Below are positions 1-14,029 of a stretch of DNA of 64,000 bases, in pieces. Below the pieces are notes generated by a model that saw nothing but the letters and a program-made list of their open reading frames with translations, did not search any database and was not told the origin of the DNA. The DNA is from Convolutriloba macropyga (taxonomy: Eukaryota), in contig NC_134473.1 in NCBI RefSeq assembly GCF_964194025.1, positions 72,230,001-72,294,000 on the forward strand, in the 5' to 3' direction. Each line of letters begins with the position of its first letter. The stretch's first letter is position 1. The position numbers and the translations under genes are program-made.

Positions 1-2325
1 ACAGCACTATTAGCAAATTAACACCAAATTACTGTCATTCTTCTACCATAAACGAGACAACCCACATTCGAAACTCCCTTTTTGCCTTTAATTGCTCTAC
101 AGAACGGTTGAATCAACATTTCTCAAATTTTAGCGAATTGCTAAATCTTTCCAAACAGTACTCGTATTGTCACAGTCAAATGAAGAAACGCTATCCCAAA
201 TCAAGCAAACAACACCGTCGAAATTTTGCTTTGCAGATGAAGCCGGACCATCAATAGCACCATCCGCGCCTGTAACACCCTCAACACCGGGAACCGACAA
301 CACAAATTTCACCAACACGCCATCTAGTGACGACTTGTACACGGATGCATTCCACTTTGCACTTTCAAAAATCTTTTCGAGTACTTTCAGCCTGACAGCG
401 AAAGATGCCATCCCTGAAGAAGTGAGGGACTGTGTCTGTGTGGACGATCGAATTGCCATTCCCAACTCCATCAAAGATGCGTATGTCAAAGCCATCCTCG
501 CCACACAGTCCGGGAGTTGGTGGATGACAAATATGGCGGAGCACGCATGGTGGCCGTTCATGCATCGGTATCTTCTATCTAAGACGGCCAAGTGTAATCC
601 CTGCGTCAAGATTGGTAAAAATTTAAAGTCCGTCATACCCTCTAGTAAACGGGCACCACTAAAAATATGTAAAGTACCCAATGAGGAAATTCAAATAGAT
701 TTCAACGGACCAATCTATAACGAAAAAAAGGGGTTCTTTTCCTTGTTTGTATAGACCGTTTCTCTAAATTTCCAACAGCAGAAGTATTCGACAGAGCAAA
801 TGCACAAAGTATGTTGAAATTTCTTCAAGACTACGCATTATTGCATGGCATTCCTCGTACGATAAGATTAGATCAAGCACAGTATCAAATCGGTCAGCAA
901 ATTAAAGCTTTTTGTAATCAAAATAATACACAGTTAATTGAGGCTCCAAAACACGATCACAGAGTGATTGGTTTAGTTGAGAAACCAATACAAACAATCA
1001 AGAGTCGATTAGTTTGTATTAAAACCGCCGCGCAAAACAACTTTAATTTGAAAGCCTCAATAGATTTAATTATTTATCAACGTCGTATATGCCGGCAAAA
1101 GACAATCAATCGTTCGCCATTTGAGGCGCATTTTGAACGAAAGGCGAAAAAATTTTCAAGCAATATTTCAACTGAACCTAATCCTAATACTTTAACATGT
1201 GAACCAATTTTAAATATTTAGACCTGGAGACAGTACGCTGGGACGAACTGATATCAGACGAGCAGTGGGATGACGAGACCAGAAGTGCTGTTGATTTTGA
1301 AAAACATCGGGATACAATTAGTAAAGATGCTAGAAAACTTTGCAACGAGAATTCAGATAAAGAGCCCCGTACTATGCCCCATCCAGATATCGGATTGCCA
1401 GTGCCAAGAACAGACGCATCTTTGACGCTTAAACTGGCCAAAAAGAAGCCCAAATCAAAAAGATCCAAGAAAATTTAGACGGATTAGCCGAAAAACTGGG
1501 CCCAGATTCATCAGTCATCAAATCGAATGATGACGCTTCCATAATCAAAGATCCAGGCAAAAGAGAGGTGACAATTAGGAATTTAGACTTTGCAAATTTC
1601 GGCACTAAAGCCGAAAGACGAACAGACCTAAATTGTTAGCCGGAGCGCAGACCAAAAATCCCAACGGGGAAGACCACGGAGGAATTAATCAATCGACATG
1701 CCAAAGATGCCTAACGGAAAATCGGAGGCGACAAAAAAATAAAGCACAGACGCTTCAACGATGATACCAGTTGTGTCTCATCTATTCACTCCCAACGTTT
1801 CTCGAGAGCTACGTGTGAGAACGCCCACCAAACCGAAAAAGATAGTCGTACCCGTGCCGCCAAAACCACCATCGACACAGCAACTGATTTTGCGCTGCCT
1901 ATGACGCTTCCACAAACTTCAATTGTAATTGCGGAACCACCAAGTCGTCCTAAACGCAAGGCAGCTATGAGAGCTACAAAAACAACTCAACCATCACAGA
2001 AACCTAAAAGATCATCGCAATCGATCAACAAAACAGATGAGTCTATGGCATCCACTCAAGCTTGCCTCCCAAATCTGTCGGCAAGCAGCACACTATCCTG
2101 ACAGAAAATCACGAACAGCAAATAATGAACAAATTTATAATCTCTACATATAAGAATACCGCTGCTCGTAATCAAGATACAGAACCATCAGATTTCCAAG
2201 TGGGACCGTGTTCACCTGATCAGCCTTACCCGTCTCAAAAATACGTGTCTCCCATCTATGAAGGTCCAGAAACCCGCATGACGGTTCCCGAGGTGGAATG
2301 CTCTTCAGATTCCGATACGGACTGA
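1..2325 (+). mobile_element. Degenerate Ty3/Gypsy LTR-retrotransposon pol 3' part (integrase Zn-binding + DDE core + C-terminal tail), frameshifted
   Basis: ORF 167-754 has WWP..CxxC (HAWWPFMH...KCNPC) and IQIDFNGP (first D). A frameshift continues as CIDRFSKF into ORF 811-1221 with GIPRTIRLDQ (second D) and GLVEK (E). Several stops and frameshifts follow downstream. Confidence 0.85.
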
Positions 2326-2435
2326 CCATAAACTCGCCACAAAACACCATTGTATTATTATATTAACCAGTATATAAACTTTTAATCTTTTGTTATAAAC
2401 AATACTTCGTCTTTTTTATTTTGCTGAGGTTGAAA

Positions 2436-3543
2436 TGTGGTGGATGGAAATTTCATGGTATCGTTTTGCGGCGCTAAATTCATTAACCTTTTTAAATTTT
2501 AATTTAGTTCTTTTTCTAGTTCAATTTCAACGTTAATTTTATTCACTTCCAATTTGAAGATCATGTCTTGCCGTTCATGCCTTTTTCAATTTGTTTACTA
2601 AAAATTGTGATACATTGTCTGTCCACGTTTTCTACCTTACTGTTTTGCCGCCAATTTCATTTTTAGTTGTAAATGTTGCATGATCAATTTAATGAACAAA
2701 TTCTTTGTCAAATTCTGAATTTCACTCTTGCTAAATCTAATACAGTTTTCAGTTTAATCTCTTTATCCGAATTTCGCTCCGCAAAACGCTCAGACTGAAA
2801 GAGCTACATTAAATTGATATTCGCTAAGCGAATCATTAGACTAAAAGTGAAACCTGTCTTCGCAGAGCGAATACCATAACGTGTCCGCGAATAGAATTAA
2901 TTGATCTAACAAAGATAAGTGTGAATTCGCGTCAAGAATACACAAGAAAATTGGAACAAACAATTTTGGCAAGTCGCCTAGCAATTCAACGAGCTAATTC
3001 AGAATATTGATTTCTCTTTGGCTGTAAGTTCGCTTAATTCGCTTCACAAATTGATCAGTATTTTATCAAGACGTTTCATCCAATTTCAATGACAGTTGTG
3101 ATACAAGATGTCTGTGGTGAGATATTTACGCCATTGTGAGACCATTTGTGGTTAGGGGCGTGAAAACTTTTGATGTATAAAAAGCATGGGAACCTCGAAC
3201 TCGATTATTAGGTAACTTATTTGTGTCAGATTCAACAACTTCAATGAGTTATGTGAAGAATCCTGGGAGTGGTTGAAATACTGGAGAATGGGGAACAAAA
3301 CTGTAATTCAACGTGATTCTGTTACGCAATTCATCTGTTTCTGTCAGACATTTTGCAAACGTTTTGTTGTACACTACTTTTTCAGTTTGTTAAATATTTA
3401 AATACCCACTTTTATTTACTTGCCAAAGTGACAACTGATTCTACCGTCCCAGGAAACTTCTGATAATCGAACCTAGAATAATTGAATGTTCAAAAACCCG
3501 CAGTGGGGTAAAAACAAACGTGACATCTGAGCCTACTTTCACA
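2436..3543 (+). mobile_element. Possible 3' LTR of the Gypsy element
   Basis: Starts TGTGG right after a purine-rich stretch (gaggttgaaa) downstream of pol, contains a TATA-like tgtataaaaa at ~3174 and could end ...TCACA at 3543. No second LTR in the window, so boundaries are unverified. Confidence 0.35.
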
Positions 3544-3957
3544 TCAAACCTCTCATGATTGGACTTCTAATAATTGAAGGTTTAAATACCCACCTTTAGT
3601 TACGTAACATAGTGATATATAATACTACCATCCTATGAAACCTCTGATAAGACTCGACTCAGATTCCTGTTTACAATTTTTGGCATATGAACAGAGACCC
3701 TGACGCTGTAAGTCTCGGCGCAGATTTTTCTTTATTGATCCAAATTGAATTGGGCTGGAATCTCAACCTGTGTTAAGCCTAAAACAGACAAAGTTAACTG
3801 AGAGATAGTTATCGTTTACAGCCAACTTAAGTCAAAGTTTCTTAAACTGAAAACAAGAAAAAAATAAAGAACAAAATTTTCAAGTCTTTAATTGCACCTG
3901 AAAGCATTTTATTTGAAAAGTAAAACAAATGTCAATGTCGAACATCGAATATTTTAG

Positions 3958-4227
3958 ACTTCCCTCCAACATTAGAGGAAAACTTGATGCAATATTACGA
4001 CCCAACATTCGAGGACCTGGCCTCTCAGTTCATAGACACCCAGCAGCTGTTTGAAATAGTAATCTCTCCTCTGAAAGTTTTGATCAAAATGTGTAGGTGG
4101 AAGAACAAAGACTGCTTGAATGATCAGAACTGGAAGTTTATAATGACCCGAAACGTGATGTGTTTGGAGTTCACGCCCCCTGACCGAAAAGTCGAAATGC
4201 CCAGCCAGAATTTACAACTTATGTTTG
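3958..4227 (+). CDS. DEG/ENaC (amiloride-sensitive channel family) gene, internal exon; upstream exons lie outside the window
   Basis: ttttag|...G|gttagt splice sites. Encodes LIKMCRWKNKDC...FIMTRNVMCLEF...NLQLMF, matching the DEG/ENaC CxFxGxxC...CYTFN...GLxL region. Phase 1 joins exon 26622. Confidence 0.8.
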
Positions 4228-5414
4228 GTTAGTCAAACTCACGAGGTAAAAACTTGACTCATTGGTTGAGCTCAGAATCCATCCCAGGTTTAGGCATCAA
4301 CTTATGAAAAAACTCAAAAAATCTAGTGGAGAGGGCTCGCTTATTGACTAAAATTACACAGTCGAGCGTCCCGCTAAAGTCTTTTAAAGGGTCGAGTAAA
4401 AGTCTTTGCATGAGCTTTTGGGCCAAAGCATGCTATTTTCATGGATCGAGAAATACCATTTTAATTGTTGAACTAAGGACAATTCAACGGATGAGCAGGG
4501 TCTTTTCATGCGCAGAGCAAAAGACTTTTTTTTTGATAAGTCTTTCCTAGAAAAATTCGAAACTCTTTCAATATATGCTTCACATCAGTACATTAAGAAA
4601 AAGCAATTCATGTATCACGACTAACGAGCATTGTAACAGAGCACTCCAAATTGAAAGACAGTTGGAAAGTTACAAAATAAATTAAGATTTTTTGTGACTC
4701 TTTAGATAAAGCAGTTATCGCAGCTAGATTACATTGCCACATTACACCTGATTAAATGAATCTAGGCAGTTACATTACGATGCAGAGGTATACCCAAATC
4801 GTCACGGGCAGATATGCCCGATGCGTGTATCTCGTGTTCGTTTTTTACTATGTTAATACATTAAAAGGAAGGGAATATCGTATCCCGTGTTCGCAAAAGT
4901 GTCCTAACTTTAGCCGCGAAATAGAAGTACAAACTTAATAACCTATTTTTCGCGCGAGTTGTATCACGCATCTACTCCATTTATGTATCGATTTTTCGCA
5001 CGCAATGTAGCTGACCTTAATCACTCTAGCCATTATGAAAAAAACGGAATCTTTTAATTGTTTTCCCTTCAAAATTATGAGACGTCATTTTTTCAAACAA
5101 CCAGCTTTTTTGATTGACTACTTCTCTTCAGAAAAGCATTAGTTTAAAAGATCGTACTGAAGTACAGCGTGAGTTTAAATTAATTTTGTGTCAAGCTTAA
5201 GTGCATTATGGTTCTTAACTGCTTCATTAAAAAAATACAAGAGATTTTTGATTCATGATTTTTGATTCATCATCTTGGATTTAGATATTTTGCTCTGACA
5301 AACGCTTAATGAAAACTAGTCGACATTGTTTGGCATGTCTATAACAGCTCTCTCGTAACGGGTTCGCATCACTCCTCACACTTTGAGATCCAATACATTT
5401 CATCTGGCTTTTTC

Positions 5415-8400
5415 TATTTGGTTAGGCGAACTAGTTCGATCTGCGATCTTTTATGCACGTCAGTTCCTTGGCTAGGGTACCAAGCAAAATAAACCCTATC
5501 TAAACCAACGATGAACGAACAAGGGGTGCGTCCTGATTTTTTAGGGTCGTCGTGCAAGATAAACGCTTGAAAATCTGATTATGAAAACTCAAAAGTCTAA
5601 ACGCTAACTCTCGAAATTCTTGAATTATTAGCGGTGCTTACTTGAAATGACGTTCGTTTTAGTTTAAAAAATCGAGACAATCTATAACTAAAATTGAGAC
5701 AATTTTTGGAAGTGAAAACTGAAAAGCTTTTACACTATTCTTTTTTTAGTGGTAGATCGCGTGACTTTGTTTAGCGCAGAGGGTAAAACTGGTGGTGGTT
5801 TTTAGCGATTTAATTTGTTGACTCTATGTTCTGATCAGTAAAAGACTTCTGGTACAACAAATGTTTTCACGCTACTTTTCCTGGAAATGGTTGTTTTTTT
5901 TTTCAAAACAGTCGGGAGAAAAAACAATTCCATGTAAAGTATCTAATTTTTTATTTTTAAAATATGATCACTGGGTGGTATTGTGCTTGTTGTAAACTAT
6001 CAATATAGTGGAAACAAAAGGCATTTTTGTGTGGCGGCTGAAAGAAATTGCGTTCCCAATATCCACTAAGTCTCCCCTGAGTCTAGCTCTATTGAACATT
6101 AATCATAACGATTACCCTCAGTGGAACTATTGTTATTTAAATTGTTTAAAGCAATAACTTCCTTAATTTAAAAAGTTTTATCAGATTTAATGCTTTCAGT
6201 GTCTCTCTAAGTGGGAGAAAACGGGAACTTTGTTCATACCTCTTGCTCTAGGAGTTCTGGGTGGCTTCTCTTCACCTAAAAATTGTCTGAAAAGATTGTC
6301 CAAACTATCAGATATTCGTAGTTTCTATTCTGAGGGAATACTGGTGGCTTACGGAAATATTGTCTCAGTAGTGACCTATAATTGCTATCAGAGGATCAGC
6401 ATCTATGCTTTTGGTGAAGTCGAGTCTATCCCTTTTTGTTGAAGTCGAGATGTGTATCCATGAACTTGACTTATTGACAAGTAAACTCCCTTGTGATGAA
6501 AGCGCAATTGTTTCTGTTTACTCAATTGCTGCTTGATCAGAAAAAAATACTGAATTTATCATTATTTTCTCACAAAGCCGTTGAATTGACATTGAGGTGG
6601 ATGAACTCTGAATTGCTTCATTGTCGATTCTACAGTTTTGTTATTGCTGATGTCTTAAAAAATGAATTGAAACTTCCAACCAGTGTGCTAATGAAGACAG
6701 TAATGTGCATATAGGTGCCACCGCTCCAATGAGTCGCGAGTTGGCACCTATATACACATTACGTAATTTCCCTTTTGTTTTATCCAATATATTTCCCTTT
6801 ATAGTGAGACCGTGTAACTTGCACGTAAAACCAACTTGCGAAAATAACTTGAATAAAAAACCAGCTTAACTCTTTTATAAGTTTTAATTTGTTCGCTATT
6901 ATTTATTTAAAAAACTAATTAACTATAAAATCTAAACTCACCATTACAACCTTTAATACCTCTATCATCAAATGGATCAATAGCTATCTTGTATTGTTCT
7001 TTTGTTTCAAATGATGTTTCTTGCTATCAATAGTGTAATTAGTTACATATTTACTATTTGGTTAGGCGAACTAGTTCGATCTGCGATCTTTTATGCACAT
7101 CAGTTCCTTGGCTAGGGTACCAGGCAAAATAAACCCTATCTAAACCAACGGTGATTGACCAAGGGGTGCGTCCTGATATTTTAGGGTCGTCGTGCAAGAT
7201 GAACGCTTGAAGATCTGATTATGAAAACTCGAAAGTCTAAACGCTACCTCTCGAAATTCTGAATTATTAGCGGTGCTTACTTGAAATGACGTTCGTTTTA
7301 GTTGAAGAAATCGAGATAATCCATAACTAAAATTAAGACAATTTTTGGAAGTGAAAACTGAAAAGCTTTTACGCTTATACTTTTTTTAGTCGTAGATCGC
7401 GTGACTTTGTTTAGCGCAGAGGGTAAAACTGGTGGTGTTTTTTAGCGATTTATTTTGTTGACTCTATGTTCTGATCAGTAAAAGACTTCTGGTATAAAAA
7501 TGTTTTCACGCTACTTTTCCAGGAAATGGTTGTTTTTTTTTCAAAACACTCGGGAGAAAAATAAATTCCATGTAATATATCTAATTTTTTATTTTGAAAA
7601 TGTGATCACTGGGTGGCATTGTGCTTGTTGTAAACTATCAATATAGTGGAAACAAAAGGCATTTTTGTGTGCCGGCTGAATTGCGTTCCCAATTTCCAAT
7701 AATTCTCCCCTGAGTCTAGCTCTATTGAACATTAATCATAACGATTACCCTCAGTGGCATTATTGTTATTTAAATTGTTGACAGCAATGACTTCGTTATT
7801 TTAAAAAGTTTTATCAGATTTAATGCTTTCAAAGTCTTTCGAAGTGGAGAAAACGCGATCTTTGCTCATACCTCTTCCTCCAGCAGTTCTGGGTGGCTTC
7901 TCTTCACCTAAAAATTGTCTGAAAAGATTGTCCAAACTATCAGATATTCGTAGTTTCCATTCTTAGGTACTACTGGTGGCTTCAGGAAATATTGTCTCAG
8001 TAGTGACCTACAAATGCTATCAGAAGATCAGCTTCTATGCTTTTGGCGAAGTCGAGTCTATCCCTTTTTGTTGAAGTCGAGATGTGTATCCCTAAACTTG
8101 ACCTATTGACAAGTAAACTCCCTTGCGATGAAAGTGCAATTGTTTCTGCTTACTCCATTGCTGCTTGATCAGAAAGAAATGCTGACGTTATCATTATTCT
8201 CTCACAAAGCCGTTGAATTGCATTGAGGCGGTGAACTCTGAATTGCTTGTTTGTCGGTTCTACAGTTTTGTTATTGCTGATGTCTTAAAAAATGAATTAA
8301 AACTTCCAACCAGTTTGCTAATGAAGACAGTAATGTGCATATAGGTGCCTCTGCTCCATTGAGTCGCGAGTTGGCACCTATATACACATTACTTTATTTC

Positions 8401-8830
8401 CCTTTTGTTTTATCCACTATATTGCCCCTTCATATTCCCTCAAAATCTATCAATTCCTGTCTCATTTAGTGCAGTCTAATAGTATCGAGTTAAGCTGGTA
8501 ATTAACCGTTATCAGACGGATAGTTCGAATTCTATCCCAATTGTCTTCAGTGGACGTATCCCGGATACTAGTGTAACTAGTGAGACCGTGTAAGAAGCAC
8601 GTAAAACCAACTTGCGAAGATAACTTGAATAAAAAACCAGCTTAACTCTTTTATAAGTTTTAATTTGTTTGCTATTATTTATTTAAAAAACTAATTAACT
8701 ATAGAATCTAAACTCACCATTACAAACTTTATTACCTCTATCATCAAATGGATCAAAAGCTATCTTGTATTGTTCTTTTGTTTCTAATGATGTTTCTTAC
8801 TATTAATAGTGCAATTAGTTACATGTTTAC
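5415..8830. repeat. Tandem duplication of ~1.3 kb host intron DNA plus the element's left terminus and PolB 3' end (copy 1 ~5415-7058, copy 2 ~7053-8830)
   Basis: Collinear near-identical text from ctatttggttaggcgaactag (5415 and 7054) onward. Copy 1 lacks the ~150 bp segment 8430-8578. Confidence 0.92.
8329..8393. other. Terminal stem-loop of the element (20-21 bp arms, 23 nt loop); further copies at 6699-6762 and 26070-26133
   Basis: agtaatgtgcatataggtgcc-N23-ggcacctatatacacattact, one mismatch between arms. Confidence 0.85.
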
Positions 8831-11800
8831 TTTTTGCATCATAAATAGCATTTTTATAGTCTTCAATAGTAATTTGGTTTTTAATAGTAGCTTTGGTTAT
8901 GCCTTTTGACTTTTTCTCTCCTTCTCTTTTAACTATAGTATAACAATATGCTTTTGATTTAAGGAAACGGGCTTCTATAATAGTATCATTATGTAGCTCA
9001 TCCTCCATCTTGCCTAACTCATTATTATGTAATATATCTTTTATCTTATTCACTTCAGTTTCCATATCACTATCTAAAGGAGCATTTATGTTTAAAAATA
9101 CGCTATCAGTATCTGTATAATGATAACTACAATCTAATTTTATCAAAATTATCGTATATAGCTTTATACAAAAATAGTTTAACTTTCTCCAATATAACAA
9201 AACCAACACAATTAAACGTATCAAACTTATTTTAGTTCTTGTTTTATGTACAGCCACTAGTTCATAATCAAACTTCACAGCCTTTTTAAAACTAATATTT
9301 TCTACTAACTTAACTTATCTATCCAAATCATTAACTAACTCTACATCCTGTCTAATATATACATTTTCTATTGTTATTCTATAGAAGGCATTATTCATTA
9401 ACTTAAAGAATACATCACCAAAATTATCCCCCTAGCTTTATCTTCTTCCCATTTCTGAGTATTAAACTCAATATAAGCTTTAACCGCTCACTCTTACTAT
9501 ACTCTATCTTTTGCTTAATTGTAACATCTTCCAACCTTAAACTTTTACTTAAATACCATTCCACCATCTCTCCATCAATTACATAAGGCTTCTTATCTGT
9601 TGAATTCAACATCAACTTCTCATTTTGTTTAAATCCTTTCTTTTTATTTTCATTTTGATTGTCTGTAAACTGATCAATGTTAGCCTTTGTCTTATCTGGA
9701 AAGAATGGATAATTCTTTGTTTTCTGTTTCATCTCATCGGTATACTTTACATCAATGGTGTAGATATTAACCTTTAGTAGAGCTAGAGCTAGTATATACT
9801 ACACTGTTACAAACAATTATCTCAGCAGTAGGTAAAGCTTGCACCATAGCAGAGGAATATAATGAGCTGAAGTCTAAGTATTTTAAATAATTCTCTTTCC
9901 CAGTATACTCAGGATCTATTTCTTTATTTTTATATTTCACATGACAATCACCTAATACTGAAGCTAACCGACCTCTAATACCATGTTGTATTGTATCATA
10001 AATATTAACTGTATTTTCTTCATAATGTTTATGTCTAACATTAGTATATTTCAATCAACATAACCAAGTTAATCCAGGAGTAGAACATGTATAACAAGGA
10101 TCTATTTCATAATATTCTAAACACTCAGCTATTAAACTTTCAAATACATCTACCGATAATAAAACATCAGTTTTTAGATATAACATCATATAATTTTTTA
10201 TTGTTTCACATCCAGACTCTTTCCAACAATCTAACGCTTGCTTATACTCTTCATTAGTAACAACACTTTGTTTCAAAATAGAATAGAATACCTCCTTACG
10301 TGGTAATGATGATTCATTAAGTTTATCTGCACTAACTAACCATTCATATGGGAATATACCTTTACGTCTATCTAACTTAAATTTGTTTAATGTTACACAC
10401 TCTTTATGACTCAATGTTTTACTTATAGCATCAAAGCTAAGTTGATGGAAGATCCTAAACGCATCTTATGCTTTAGCATAACCCATATCAATACAAATGT
10501 AAATCTCATCAGTTTTTGTTAATACTTTAAGTCTAATCTTCTCTGCTAGTTTAGTTATAAATAGGTGATTATCATAATTAGTAGAATTAAATGCATATAT
10601 TGGTACAAAAGCGTTCTTATCTTGGAATTTATACTCATTGAGAGCATATCCTCTAAATTTACCATTTAGGTGATCATGATTTCTAGCAATGTCTTCACCC
10701 ATATACTCGTTACAATAATCACACTCAATACTAGGGTGAATAATACTATCTTCTTTTAAGGGAAAATTTATACTAAAAATCTCTTTAAACAATTTATTAT
10801 AATAACTCATACTACTTATAAACCAATCAACTATGCCATCTCCACAATAACTTTCATACTTATCCTCTAATATATCAGGATAATCAATTTTTATATATAA
10901 CTCACAAGCAATAGGAATATGTTTTCTGTTTTTATTATACATTCAAATTCATAATACGTAGCAAATGGTACGCCATTTTTAAAATGGAACTTATCAAACT
11001 TTAGATAATCATCACGATGGAATGTTCATCTTCCTGTATGGTTCTGTGTATCACACAATTCAAAATGTTTATTTTATGCTTGTTCAGTCAGAAATGATAC
11101 ACAACATTTTCGACATGGATAACATTTATGTTCAGATGAATTTCTTAATGAGAATGATACATCCTTACCTAGCAAATAATGATTATCCCAGTATAAAATA
11201 TTACATCCTTTTGGATCATTATGATTAATTAAAACAGGATTAATAGTTTTTTTTTATTTAGATTAATTACATTAAATAATACTTTATCTTTGTTGAACTC
11301 TTGTATTTTCTGTAAAGCTTTATATCCATAAGGAGGTGGAAGCCTCGGTAATTTTATCTCATTAATATACTCTGGTATTTTTATAATTTCTAACTCTATT
11401 GGGATGGTATTTAGCAGGATGTAGATAAGCAAGTAAACACCACAATAAACATTTATTATCATATTTATGTATATTAATTATATATTTAGACGTGAAGGGC
11501 AATTCATTAGTACAACCACCAGTAGGATAAAACCTGTGTTTATACATAGTTCTTTTAACAAATCTATTCATGCTCCAATCAGATTGTTTCATCTCATGTT
11601 CTTGTATTATAGTCTCATGTTCACAATTGAACATATCCAAGTCATAGGGAACATTATATTGTCTAGTCATTAGTCTAAATGTGAATTCATTTTCTTCTAA
11701 CTTATCATTTGAAGGTTTTGTATACCTTAATACATCAAAGGTGTTAAATTTTTTATGGGGATTCATGTTATACATTGTCTCGAATACTTTCAAGAATTTG

Positions 11801-12681
11801 GGATCTCCATAATTACTACATGTTATCATTATTTGATTATTTTTCATAACACAATCTAATCCTCACTCATTAACTTTCTCTCTCCACTTACCATCAACAA
11901 GTCTTGTCTGTCTAACATTTTCTTTATGATCATCTTAATCTTTGTGTTTATTTTTATTATTATATTTAGTTTTATATATATCGCAAGAACCTGTATTTGA
12001 TGTATGGGTCTTTGATAATGATTCTCTATCTTTAGATGAGTCTCTATCTTTAGATGATTCTCTATCCTTATCTTTTCTTTTAACGTTATCTGGATGCATC
12101 TTTGTTTTTAAATATTGATTCACATTATATTGACTTAGAGTAGTCTTACATGTTACACATTCAAACTTAATCCCATTCTTTATTATTTCTCCACTATTTA
12201 GTCTTACATTATTCCTATGTTTTAATGTTTCTATATGTTTATTATATTCAGTATTTTTATCTAGATACATATCACAACTATCAAAATACTTTATTCCCTA
12301 TAGTTCAGGATAATGTTTATTTTTTTGTTCTATATCTTCAATAGTTTCATTTCTATTATATAATCGCTCATTCGTTTTATGTTTAAATAATTGAATGTAT
12401 CTAGCGTAATTCTTTTGAGTTAACTCTTGATTACAATCTTCGCATCTAGTCTCATTAGTATTATTTTAGGTTTATTAAACATAGACAATATCATCAGATG
12501 AATCTGAATCTGAATCTTTAGATGATTCTCTATCTTTAGATGATTCTCTATCTTTGGATGATTCTCTATCGTTAGATGATTCTCGTTCTTTAGATGGATC
12601 CAAATCTGACTCTAAATCTATAGATGATTCTCTATCTTTAGATGATTCTCGATCTTGCTTCAGTCTTTCGCAATGACTCAT
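8695..12681 (-). pseudogene. polB: Protein-primed-type family B DNA polymerase (Polinton/Maverick-like), unit A, essentially full length (~1330 codons) but broken by stops and frameshifts
   Basis: In order: C2H2-like fingers, NKCLLWCLLAYLHP, CxxC...DH..GKFRG (endonuclease VII-like), YDNHLFI (ExoII), RKGIFPYEW, YLKTDVLL (ExoIII), YLDFSSLY (motif A), FFKLMNNAFY (B), YTDTDS (C), KSKAY, KSKGI. Confidence 0.93.
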
Positions 12682-12994
12682 GCATATCCTCTTCTCGTTG
12701 TTTTAATTTTGCAGTCTGTTTATCATACGACTCCTTTATTTGACAAACATCTGTTCGTTTGTTTTCTTCTTGTAGTTTGTTTTTCTTTAACAACATTTGG
12801 GTTACTATGCTAGTAGAACTAGATTGGGCTTGTCCACTTCCAAATTGAGCTCGCTCACTTTGACATTGGACTTGTCAACTTCCAGATTGGACTTCAATTC
12901 CAGTTTGAATGTTATCGTTGTAATCTTGTGCACTTATTTTTATACGACAACTTTTGAAATAACATTATTTATGTAATTTTTCACATTAAAAATT

Positions 12995-13276
12995 ATTAGT
13001 ATTAAGTGCGATAAATGTAAAGATAAGGCTTGGTGTTGGAGTTGTGATATATGTCAAAGTGAGCCTTTCATATGTTTTGTATGTAAGGAAACTAGAACAT
13101 ATAGAGAGAGGCATGATCATATGTATATACATTATAATGGTCCTAATCAAAATTTAGTATGTAGAAAGTGTCAAGTAAATAAACATATCCCTCACTATAG
13201 ATTTAAACATTTCACTTGTAGGCTATGCTTGTATCTCAATAGATATAGATTTGGTCGTACTAAAAAAGATTTATAG
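12995..13276 (+). pseudogene. Small Cys/His-rich protein, unit A (frame open, start codon lost)
   Basis: Translates ISIKCDKCKDKAWCWSCDIC..., homologous to ORF 21252-21536. Confidence 0.75.
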
Positions 13277-13294
13277 AACATGTAAATAAACATG

Positions 13295-14029
13295 GAGAGA
13301 ACACACCATCTGTATAGGTTAACTTAAATAGTTCACGACAATTCTTTGAAAGTGTACAAGAGAAGTTTATAAATGATTCTCATTTATATAGATTGAAATA
13401 TTATAAATATGGTATAATAAATTATGGTACTATTGGTGACTATTATATTGTATGAGATAAAGATAAAAATTGTGTATATGATTCTAGAAATGGCGATCTT
13501 GAATTTGAGAAGTATATTGATTATACAGAGTTTAAAGAAAAAGAATTTAATATATTAAGTAGTTATTTAATAGATAGAATGGTAGAACCAACACATATGA
13601 AACCAAATGATTTAATGTTCTACTTTGAAGAATATTTAAATTTTAAAGAAACAAACAAACCATTCAATTTTTATAAAACTTATACGAAAGTAAAAAGTAT
13701 ATGTAATAAGATCCATAGTGGATATATTGCTATATTTGGGATAATTACTATATTTGGATTTGCATATAGTTACAATCAAAAATATGGTGACAATAATAAA
13801 AATACTAATAATGATAAAAATTAATGGTATAGATATAAGGAACATAGATAAGGCCAAAATTAATTTCAGAATTGGTAAGAAGGTATCAAAAGGTTCTGGT
13901 GAAATTAATAATAACAATAAAACAATAGATATAAAACGTATTTTAGCCATTAGTCTTATATCTATTTATGCAAACCATAATCTTAATAAATCTACAATTA
14001 AAACTGACGTTAATATAAAGAGAATGTAA
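13295..14029 (+). pseudogene. ATPase gene 3' half, unit A; Walker A/B region deleted
   Basis: Sequence jumps from just after the Cys-rich ORF to the RENTP region; continues into MVEPTHMKPN...; frameshift near 13820. Confidence 0.8.

Noticed and set aside
130-1221. Integrase at the window start as the Polinton-like element's own integrase
   Set aside because: Gypsy-type context, >5 kb outside the element termini and separated from it by a host exon.
4765-5020. Possible MITE with taggcagttacatt / aatgtagctgacctta ends
   Set aside because: Inverted match is short and imperfect and no clear TSD.
7860-8290. Possible minus-strand exon or element gene in the duplicated flank (ag...gt bounded)
   Set aside because: Contains stops in both copies, no recognisable homology, and lies outside the AGT terminus.
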